DNA from: Lepidodermella squamata | Taxonomy: Eukaryota; Animalia; Gastrotricha | Reading direction: 5' to 3' | DNA: 64,000 nt | Assembly (NCBI GenBank): GCA_047495785.1 | Contig: JBLDXI010000013.1 | Coordinates: 1,612,001 to 1,676,000, forward strand | Shown: piece by piece, positions 12,423 through 22,583 of the stretch | Layout of the letters: each line of letters starts with the position of its first letter | Numbering within the stretch: the stretch's first letter is position 1 | The notes under the pieces: model-generated | The model's input: the letters and a program-made list of their open reading frames with translations, nothing else | What the model was told of the DNA's origin: nothing | The model's database searches: none | Program-made: the position numbers and the translations under genes

Positions 12423-14264
12423 CTAGACGATTGCCTCGGCTCTGAACGATCGCTGTTGAGCCGGAGTGCGCGAAAACGCTTGGTTGTCGTAGAATCCTGA
12501 ATCGACGGGTGCGGCGCCGGCAGCTATCGGTTGCCGAGACCGCGGCGTGTTGTCAAAAGTTACTGTTCGATACTCGGACTAAAAATGAAAAAATATTCAT
12601 TTTTCAGGAAAAATTGTCTATTTTAGCACTTACAGCGAGTGGCTGATTAGTTGGATAAGTTGTATCATGGTCGCCAATGTATCCGCGGCCCGGGTCGTAA
12701 TAGCTGGAACCCGCCTGCGACATAGGTCGCTGCTGATAAGTTTCAACCATGCGCTGATCTTGCCGAGGAATATAATCTTGCTCAGCGCCTTGCTGGGCCG
12801 GTAAAACTTGCGGAAAAGACGACGCTGCGTAAGGCCCGTTGTCGCCATACACACCGTTTTTCGGCGGCGGGGCGTAGTTGACCTGTCTCACCGTTTCCAA
12901 TTCCTGAGTTGATGGTTTTTGATCCTCTTTATCCTCTCGCTTTTTCCTCGTTGCGACAATTACAATCACTCCGATAACAATGATAAGGAAGAAAACGCTC
13001 GCCAAAACGATGAGTAAAATCTGCCACCAGTCAAGCCAAAGCACGCCGCTGGTAACAGTGAGACCAGCTAGATCAACAACTTGGTCCATAGAAAAATACT
13101 GAATCTTAGTCCCGACCGAATTCGTAACTTCGCAAACCGCGAGTCCAGCCTTATTCTTCGCCATTGTAATCATCAATTGGCAAGTTTCGTAGGTGATCCC
13201 ACTAACAGTTACACTATTCTTGCGGGATGTCGTTAAAGTCTCTTCGCCCAGTGATTTGTTCTGGGCGTCCAGCAGGGTTAGCTTCAACACAACATCTCGA
13301 TAAGGACACGCTGAGTTGACCTCGCACGTGACGGCGCACTTTCCAGCTGAACTAGACGCTGTAACTTTCAACTCTTGGGCTTTATAGTTCAAGTCCAACA
13401 AAACATTCGCCTCTTGCCATAAATCTGTCGCTCCTTCAATCGCCGCTCGTGCTGTTAAATTTGCGACGCATTTAGGTTCAGTTGCCTGGCTCCACTTGGC
13501 CGCGTCCAAATTATAAGCGTAGACAAGTCCGTTCGGATAGGTTGGCTCGCGCGTAATCACGACTCTCGCCGAAATCGTGTCGAGTGTAACAAAACTAGTA
13601 TCGCCTCGTAGGGTTAAATCGCCGGTTTTACCTGCCGCACTTTTTCCGAGACCGACATCGAACAATAGGTTGGTAATGCTAGAATCGTCGAAGAAGGCGT
13701 CGAACTGGTAAAAGCTATGGTAGCCATCGGATGAATTCGAAGAAGCTTTCAACGTCGAACCTTTAACCCGCACGTTTAAAATCTGTGCCGCGACTTGAAA
13801 AAAGTAAAATTTTAATGTTCAAATATGTTGCTATTTGAATAAAAATTACCAGGTACTGCAAGCTTGTATTCCTCGTAAACATAGTTCGGTGACGCGAGGC
13901 AATTAACGACGAATCCACCAGCCGCTGAGTAATCAATTGCATCAATTTTTATAGCTGATGCATTGGGCCGGGTGTAATACAACGCCTGGTTAGCACTTGT
14001 GCTTTGCCTGTGATGAAATTTTATAACGGTGATTTTTGACTCACTCGAAAATGTTTACCAAAACTTTTGTCCACTGCTGCTTGTTGAGAACATGACTAGA
14101 TCATTAGATAGAGAGCATGGAGGGTCGAGTGTGAAAACGAGTTCCGATTTGGCATCGTATCGCAAAAATGTTGGCGTTAAGGTGGCTACTAACCGCTGAC
14201 AGGTGACACAAGGGATAGTCCCTAGAATGAAGATGACGATAGCCACCAACTGCCCGCGGACCAT
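12423..14264 (-). CDS. Type-I membrane Ig-like receptor, paralog E (4 exons)
   Basis: Signal peptide MVRGQLVAIVIFILGTIPCVTC; LVFTLDPPC, DYSAAGGFVVNC, LLFDVGLG, YPNGLVYAY, CAVTCEVNSACP, AVCEVTNSVG; TM WWQILLIVLASVFFLIIVIGVIVIV. The last exon (12423-12578, not in ORF track) encodes SEYRTV...GFYDNQAF...RAEAIV*. Confidence 0.86.
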
Positions 14265-14996
14265 TTTTTCCTGGTGCCACACTTTCTAATGCAAAGCTAC
14301 GGCTATGAAAATCGCCCCGTTACTGTGAAAGAGTTATGCGGGGCGGGAATTTCGGAGTTTCAGATGCTAATAATTGATGAATTAATCAGTGTTGTTGAAA
14401 CCGTATAGCTAGGTATTTGATACGGCCTGGTTCTAGCGTGCTATTATTTGTTTTATAGTGAACAATTCGCTAAGAAAATGCGGGGACAAGAGCGGCGGAC
14501 CGCGCCTTATCGCAGGCAAGCCAAGGCGTTGGTTCTCTTGTAATTACGGTGGGCGTCTCTGTTTCGCGTGTTACCATGTGTGCGCGAGCATTTGTTTACA
14601 AAAAAGATAACAAAACGACTCTAACGCGATTTGTTTTCAATGAAATGTCTCGCCATATATAACCCACGATAAATAATAACAAAATACATTACGGTCATTT
14701 CTATTCAAAAAACTTTCGCAACTTTTCAGCCACACGTTTTATTCGTGGTCGATAAATAGCGATAATACTGGTCTTTCTTTTCTCAACAAATCGTGAAAAA
14801 TTGTGCAAATAAAATTGCATTATCAATTATGAGGTAAAACAATTCGATTTTAAATAATAAAGCGATAATATCACAATATTACGAGACTCGTAATAAAAAC
14901 GGCACAACTGAGCAGGCACATCACAGTGATACAATATGAAATAGTAAAAATTATTGTTTTCTGCCAAAATGTTACTCAAAAAGAGACTTTGAGCTT

Positions 14997-16150
14997 TTAC
15001 GAGTCACATTCCCCAGTGAAGCAGTGCATTCCATGAACTGTAATCGACATCAGTTTCTCCAAACCCCTCGTACATTCTAGAAAAAATCAATTAAATCACG
15101 ATTTTTAGGATGGATTAATCAACTCACCGATCCAGTTATTTCGCAAACTGCACCTGCATTTATCCGGGTTCGTTTCCCACCACTCGGTCACACATGGGCA
15201 TAAAGAAGGCAACTTGAGCAATTGGCGCCCAACTTCAGGCGAAATATTGACCAGCCCAAATGGATGCTCAGGGTCATAAGGAACCGCCATGACAGCAGAA
15301 CTTGGAATGCCAACGGCTCGAATTAACCTGGTCGCTATCAATCGTTTCAATTCAGTAGCATATCTGTGGATTATATTCATGAAAAAAATCGATGAAATTG
15401 CTTAAAAAGTCATCAACATACATTCGAGATTCCTTTTCTAAGATTTCGTGTTCCACTTGTTTGAAATGAGCGGCTCTTTCGCGTTCAATCATAGTTTTTT
15501 CCTCCAATTCAGCTATTTCTTCCTGCCGACGCCTGATTTCGTCAAGCCGCTGCTTTCTTTCGGTCTCCTCGCGCCAAAGACGGGCTTGAACGCGACTGTG
15601 ATGCGCAGACGAGGCTCGAATTTCCTTCAATCGCTCGGCTTGTTTTTCTTCCTCACTCAACGGCTTGAAAGGATCTCGCGGTAATCGAGGGATTGTGCAA
15701 GTTGGCGTAACAGAATGAGCAGGAGGCAATCTGTCCAAAAACGCCAGCTCAGGAGATAGCGATCGAGACCTGGTTGACTGTAACCGGCTTTCAGTCGCAC
15801 GCTAAATCAAATTTGAGTAATGCGTGATTTGAATTTTTGATAGAATATCAAATTACCGAAAAAACAGATGGAGCAGGTTGCGAGGGTGGTTCGGCCAGGT
15901 CGCAATCACGAATTCGCTCTCCCTTCATTTTGCGAATTCTATCAACGACTTGAGCATGGAATTCGTTAACTTTCCTGAGTTTCTCGCGGCATGCTCTTCG
16001 ATTTTCTTCTTCGATTCGCCGACATCTGTCCGGGTCGTTAACAACCGGGTACATTGGGCTAGGCTGTTCCATCCACGCTTTAGCCGGGTACGGCGAACGA
16101 CTGCGTCTCATCAAATTGCAACGCGGACCCAGATTTTCCGTCAAATTCAT
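14997..16150 (-). CDS. CCDC15: Coiled-coil protein, CCDC15-like (centriolar); 4 exons
   Basis: The spliced product has AKAWMEQPSP...IEEENRRACREKLRKVNEFHAQVVDRI, an E/R-rich coiled coil, and YATELKRLI...LPSLCPCVTEWWETNPDKC. These match, from memory, the N-terminal AWVEP/IEEE..F..QV..RV block and the C-terminal LPPLC.CG..FWD..PDTC block of CCDC15. Confidence 0.6.
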
Positions 16151-16424
16151 GTTGTGCGGCAGAAGAATCAAAATAAAGAAGAATCAACTAAAATTATATA
16201 GAAAAAGATAGTTTCAATTATACGTTCTTTCACTCAAAAATTGCATGAGCAGTTGGCGCAGCCGTTCGAAAAAAAACAAACATGATCAATTGGTTTTTCG
16301 TGTACATATATTTATATAGATATATATAGCAGATATCAGTGGGGTGAACACAGTAAGAGACGATCATCATGGCTTTTGTGCTAATTGTTCAGACGAGGCT
16401 ATAATCTCTTGGCAAGTTTTGCGG

Positions 16425-16909
16425 CTAATCAACGGCGAGGAGGCCAGGCCCAGACGCGCGATCACCGCCTTTCGTCTTCTTCTCGTCGCCAGATTTCTCA
16501 CCACCGGCAGACTCATTACCAGTCATGATTTTCACGCCATGCTTTTGGCGATATTCCAGTAGCTGCGTACCAACCTCTTTCACTTGATTTTCAAGGTTCG
16601 CTGTGAGTTTTGTCAGCTAAATCACAAAACTTGAAATGATGAATCCAATAACGAGTGAAGACTTACTTGCTCGATGTTGTGCTCGAGAGATGGAATGACT
16701 TCTCCAGCCTTCTTTTCGAACAAAACGCCACCAATCATCTGGAACGCACGTCGCTCCTTATCGACGCCTTTCAAAGTTTCAAGAATCAGTTCGTATTCAC
16801 GCCGCTCAACTTCGAGCTCTGACATCTTGTTGGCGATAGCCTGCTGCTTCTGACGCAATTCATTGAAACCTGCAACAATCTGCTCTTGTGTCTTCTTAGC
16901 CGATGCCAT
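16425..16909 (-). CDS. PFDN2: Prefoldin subunit 2 (2 exons)
   Basis: EQIVAGFNELRQKQQAIANKMSELEVERREYELILETLKGVDKERRAFQMIGGVLFEK...EVIPSL; exon 2 LTKLTANLENQ...EYRQKHGVKIM...GLLAVD*. Confidence 0.93.
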
Positions 16910-17121
16910 GATGAACAACGGGTTTAATGGACTAGATACAACACTAAAACACAATGTTGAATAGCAAAATATTTTAACTTTGTTGATCAGCTCAAAAAAA
17001 TCGTCCATTTTTATCAGTGAGATAAACAGCACTATCAAGGGGAAATATTACTCTTCGTAATAAAAATAAGAGGTGTTCAACAAAGCAAGACGATTTGAAA
17101 TAAAATAGTTATTCGATTTCG

Positions 17122-18333
17122 TTATGAGGGTATAGATTTGCTGCTTTGTTTACCAGCGTCACGGGTAGCTAGGACATGTTGAAGGAAGTATTCACCGGCA
17201 CGGTATGAAGAACGAACGAGAGGGCCGCTAGCGGTGTAGAGGAAGCCCAGTTGCTTGCCAATTGTTTCCCAATAGGCGAATTTTTCGGGAGTGACGTATT
17301 CTTTAACTTTCAAATGACGCTTCGTTGGTTGCATGTATTGACCGAGAGTGACGCAGTCCACACCAATTTTTCGTAGGTCTTTCATCGCTTGTAAAATTTC
17401 ATCGTCCGTTTCACCAAGACCAAGCATCAAGCTAGATTTTGTAATCAGTGATGACTTGATTTCTTTGGCACGATTAAGTATGGAGAGAGATTGCAAATAT
17501 CCAGCTCTATGATCTCGGACTTCACCTTGAAGTCTCTCGACAGTTTCAAGATTGTGAGCAAATACATCCAGACCACTAAGAATAACCTTGTCAGCAAGAG
17601 AGAAATCTCCCCTGAAATCACCCGTCAGACATTCAACAAAGATAGATGGCTTTTTCTGTTTAATCAGCTTCACCGTTTCTGCGAAGTGAGCTGAGCCGAA
17701 ATCTGCAAGATCATCTCGGTCTACGCAGGTAATAACAATATAACCAACACCCCAAGATGCGATCGCGTCAGCTGTATGTTCCGGTTCCTTTGGGTCTGGA
17801 GGTGGAGGAGACTTCGACGTCTTGACTGAACAGAATTTGCATCCTCTTGTACAAGTATCACCTGTAAGACAGATTTTATTACCAAAACATGAATGTTAAG
17901 TTATTTTACCAAGAATCATAATAGTAGCTGTTGATAGATGGTCATCTCCACCGTTCCAACAAGTGTCAATGTTAGGACACTTCGCTTCCTCGCAAACAGT
18001 CGACAATTTTAACCCACGAAGCTGACTCTTTAATTTCGAAAAATTCTTGCCAACTGGTATTTCAGTTTTCAGCCAAGGTGGAAGCCTTAATCGCTTTGCA
18101 CCCGTTGATGTTGTTAAAAGTGTGTTGGCAGCCTCTTCCGCCTCAGTATCACGCGGCTCAAACGTTCCTTTGACAAAATCTTTGAAGTCCGGGCCATTTT
18201 TCAACTTTTCTCGCAATGATGAGAGTGAAGCATGATCTTCCCTGACACCACGCAATAGAATGCCCGAGCGATGCAAAGAATAACGGGTGAGAAATTTCGT
18301 AGCTGGATATGATAAAGATAACGGCAATGTCAT
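17122..18333 (-). CDS. LIAS: Lipoyl synthase, mitochondrial (radical SAM); one intron ~17862-17913
   Basis: LRLPPWLKT, auxiliary-cluster motif [13 protein letters not shown], radical SAM motif [38 protein letters not shown]. Confidence 0.97.
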
Positions 18334-18531
18334 TATGCAACACGAAAATCAAAATCTATATGAGAATAGAGACACTTTAGATTACACAGAAAAAACTACT
18401 TACTTTTGACATGGGATAAATGAATAGCCTCCCTTGAATGTTAGGTATAAGTGGATGCTATAAATGGTGGTTATCGGAGTGTGATAAACAAGGGTCAGGA
18501 ATACTAGGGAGTTGATAGGGTAGGGTACTGA

Positions 18532-18660
18532 CAGCCAGGCGCCGCCACGAGTCAACGACATGGCCATACGTTCAGCGTAGTGGTTAGCCCGACAAGCATC
18601 CGAGAGCACTGTACTGGCTGCACAGCCCTTTTGCTGAACGTCCCTAACAGGGCCTGTCTG
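18532..18660 (-). other. Multi-stem structured element upstream of LIAS (candidate cis-regulatory RNA or ncRNA)
   Basis: Nested inverted repeats: CAGCCAGGC(18532)/GCCTGTCTG(18652-18660), ACGTTCAGC(18568-18576)/GCTGAACGT(18633-18641), CCCT-AAC-AGGG, GCCACG/CATGGC. No family recognised. Confidence 0.3.
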
Positions 18661-19478
18661 AGAATGACGAAAAACGATTTATAAGTTTGTTCCTCTGAGC
18701 ATTCCGACCATCTGAGTATGGCCACCCACGTCTACGTCCTTTGATCTACTCTGACTCAAAAGCGGCAATTTACCGATAAATGCATGGTATCAAGGTCAAC
18801 ATACTACTTCCTTGCACTATAAACCTACGAAACTAGAGTTTAGTTCTAGCAATACACGACGAAACAGATCAGTAACCCACCAAGATAGTACTGATGTCAG
18901 TGCAGTTTTTAGATCAAATACGCATGATAAAAGGGGATATCTCCATGGTCCTAAGTTAAACAGCAGTCTTAATGCGCATTTTTGTACCGACAGCGGGTTT
19001 CAGCTTCGACGAAATTACGACAAGCCATTCCAAAAGTGGTTCAAAATCCGAGAAAACCGGCTTTCGACGCTCTCTCTCTCATCCAAAACCCTTAAAAAAT
19101 TAGTGCGCGCGCATAAATAGAACGTTTTTCACATATTAATTGTTTTTATAAATTATTACATTTTTTATTATAATAAATACTGAATTCCAATATTTACTAA
19201 ATGTAACGATGAATCACGTGACCTTCTGTCACGTTGCCAATAAAGTGGATCTGCCAACCCTCCGATCCGTATTATGCCATCGTTTCCAGAATCGATGCGT
19301 TTCGCTGTTTCGTCATAGCGTTGTGTTACTGATCTGCCAGTTGCCATCATCGCATTTTAAATGCGTTCTGAAATAACTAATTGTCTCTGTTTGGTGTTGC
19401 TTTTAAGGACAGCTTTTCGATTCTAGTCTTCGCCATTTAATTGTTTATTTGTGTTGTCAATTCTATCGTCGAAAATAA

Positions 19479-20573
19479 ATGGCTGGAGTGCTTTTCGAAG
19501 ACATTTTTGATATTAAGGACATTGATCCAGATGGCAAGAAGTTTGAGCGAGGTTTGCGGAGGAAATTTACGCTTAATTTAGCTTCATTTGATTTTAAATT
19601 TATTTCTCAGTTTCGAGGTTGTTCTGTGACAGTGAATCCTTCAAGATGGACCTGATTCTGGACATCAACACTCAAATTTACCCGGTGAAGCTCAGTAAGT
19701 TCATTTCAAAGCTATGAATTATTTCTATACTTGATTGCGTACTTCAACTTAGCTATTTTCTTTCTAATAATCGTGTATAGGGGATCCCTCTTATCTGGTT
19801 CAATTTTTTGGGTCATTTTTCAATTCAAGAATTCCTAGAGCCCGAAACTTAATACGCTGTAATAATTTTACTTCTAAACTGAGGCTTATTAGGTGTTGAC
19901 GCACATTTCTCGTCAGTCTGTGTGTTTTATTATCACTATCAGCTGTTGATTGCTTCATTGAACAGTCGACATGGTTGCTGCTGATGATTAATGCCGGTGT
20001 CTATTCATGTTATTTTATTCATCTTTAGGTGACAAGTTCCGCATAATGCTATGCACAACCTTGTACGAAGATGGAACGATCGACGAAGGTGACTACCAAC
20101 CACTTTCGAATAGGCCTTCGCGTGCAGATAACTTCGATTACGTCATGTACGGCAAAATTTACCGAATCGATACCGATGACAGCTCAGCTGATCACCATCG
20201 CTTGTATGCAGTAACAGCTTCGAATTTCACTGATTATTCTTTTTCTCACTGTCGATTGTCACAATTTTATTTCAGCCAAGTTCAGATATTAGTGGTGGCA
20301 GTGTGGTTAGCTGGTTGTGTGCACCCCTTAATTGCGCATCCACAACCTTTAATCGCACAGCCGGAACTAATTCTGATTTCGACGGGAGTACTTCTCTAAT
20401 ATTGCGCATGGCTAAATTTTGTTTTTAATCATAATCACCACCGTTTGCATTTCAGGTCCGTTTACGCTTCCTACGGCGGTTTGCTCATGCGTCTTCAAGG
20501 CGATGCCAAGTCTTTGAACCAATTCGAACTTGATATGCGAGTCTATTTGCTCATGAAAAAGCTCAGATTTTGA
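19479..20573 (+). CDS. POLR2H: RNA polymerases I/II/III shared subunit RPB8 (RPABC3); exons 19479-19551, 19611-19694, 20029-20203, 20456-20573
   Basis: [49 protein letters not shown]...[17 protein letters not shown]...[17 protein letters not shown]...[10 protein letters not shown]. Confidence 0.97.
20282..20376 (+). ncRNA. mir-34: microRNA precursor mir-34 in RPB8 intron 3 (mature 5p 20296-20319)
   Basis: TGGCAGTGTGGTTAGCTGGTTGTG equals the protostome miR-34-5p sequence. The complementary 3' arm is CACAACC-TT-TAATCGCAC-AGCC and the basal stem is TCAGATATTAGT/ACTAATTCTGA. Confidence 0.95.
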
Positions 20574-22583
20574 TTTTTTTCTTTTTTTTGACCGATTTTC
20601 CTCGGTGAGGCAATGAGGGAAGGTTTTACGCTGATGTTTCACAATAAAAAGACATGTTTTGCGTCATTTCTTGATTATTTTATGAGGCGACGTGCAAGTC
20701 TGGCTTGAGTTGGAGCGCGTCGACAACAGCAGCTACCAGGTGTTGATTCTCGAACGTGCGCAGAAGGGGAAGCGTTCCCAACGACACTTGTTTACAATGT
20801 TATCATTATTTTGCGCGCAGTACCTGCATTATTATTACCTCAGCTAACGTTTTTTTCGGTTAATAATAATGATATTCGACGACTGTATTTTAGCGATGTT
20901 TTGGCTCACCCACGCAGGCACGACGAAGCAGCTGCAGTATAGCAGAGAACAGCCCTGCCTGCTTATTTTGCCTGCGCACCAATGCACTCGGTTGAACCCG
21001 AGCGACCGAGGATATGCGATGTGTGTGCACTCTACGCACCCATCTGTGTGCGCGCAGGCGCGTTCTCGGCGAATTATTAGAAGTGCGCATAATGTTATAT
21101 ATTGAACCCGACAGAGTGTACAGAATCGTCGTCGAATCGATGATTCACCTCGCGCCCGGGGCACGCACAAGGATGTTTATGAACGTTGCCATCATCACAT
21201 ACACAGCATTCGAGAGGGAATAAAAAACGCGCGAACTATTGATCGACTGCCAGGGGAAACGCAGTTTTTTTCGTTGTGTACACATTCGTTTTTTATGCGC
21301 GCGATTGCTAGTTTTTTCTACTTTTTAATATTAGTTTGCCTGCGCGTTTTTTGCGCATCGATCGATAGTCGCGCGGCAGTTTATCACATGAGTGCGAACA
21401 CTCCGTTTTTTGAACCGTGTTGCCGCTGTTGTTGTCGATCGTCTGCTAGCGATATTGATCACATTAATAATGCGCTCTCCTAGCCGGTGCTCAAGCTGGC
21501 AGTATTCGATATTTTCGTGATAAAAAAAGACTGCTTATAATATGTCGCCAGGCAGATATAAGCGTTATTCTCGAAGCAAGTAGGCGTCTACTGAGTGATT
21601 TAATCCATGCTTCGATGAGTAACTTGCTGCAAAGAAATGGCGCAAAATATAAGAAACGACTGTAAAAAGTTCTGTTTTTATTCAGCTCTGTTAACGAGAA
21701 AACTTCTTCATGATATGATACATTTCAAACATCGTAGAAAGGAGAGAGACAGAGAAAAGCAGATTTCCGAACTCTTTGTTCACCTATTACTTTGTACAAC
21801 TTTACAAATAAAACACGCATTAGGAACTCGAGAAAAATTACACAAAAAGGCGGCTTTACACGGATTCATCTTTTCAAGACGAAAATTTTCACACAACCAG
21901 AAAGAGGAATAGTCTTCAGGAATTTAAGTGCGTCTGTACAACCAACCAAACATGAGTTAAAATGTGCTAAAATGGAGGGTCGTACGGTAGAAATCTTTTA
22001 GTCCGATCAAATCAGGAGCGATCATTATTGTTTTTTAAACGGAAGAGCATTTACCGAATCAATCAAATGCGTATTTGTTCCACGAGCAAGAAGGTTAAAA
22101 ATAAATTGAAATATTACATCAGATATATTTATAAATTATATAGATAAATATATTTATAGAGATTCATTTTTATAAATAATAGCATTCTTATCTTCACTTA
22201 TGAAGCCGATTGTTCATAGTCTTGTTGGTCGCACCAAGCTATCATAATCTCCAATTCAAAATGATCGGGACATTTGTTTTCAACAGCGAGCAATCTGTAA
22301 CTCGAATCAATAATCACAGTCAATATAATATTATATAATAGTTTCAATGTGCATGTCTCACAATAATTCGAATAAGCCGAAATCCAAGACGAAATTCAGT
22401 AAATGCACAGATTTTGGCAAGATAACTTCTACCGCCGCGATTTTGGCTTGAATAATAGTCATCATGATCAAATTTGATTTATAATGTTATACATTAATCT
22501 TTAAAAGTGAAAAATGGCCTGGAAATACCGATGGGATAAAATTTCATCATCACTTCAATTTTAGTCATTTATGTTTGAATTTT

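Noticed and set aside
18500-18680. Telomerase RNA, hammerhead ribozyme or tRNA-SINE interpretations of the structured element
   Set aside because: No 1.5-repeat telomeric template, no complete CUGAnGA/GAAA core with stems, no B box.
18771-18795. TAAATGCA (miR-277 seed) near RPB8
   Set aside because: No pre-miRNA-length stem and it lies outside the RPB8 introns.
20007-20399. 130-aa ORF as a stand-alone gene with a hydrophobic C-terminus
   Set aside because: It is RPB8 exon 3 read through into the miR-34-containing intron.
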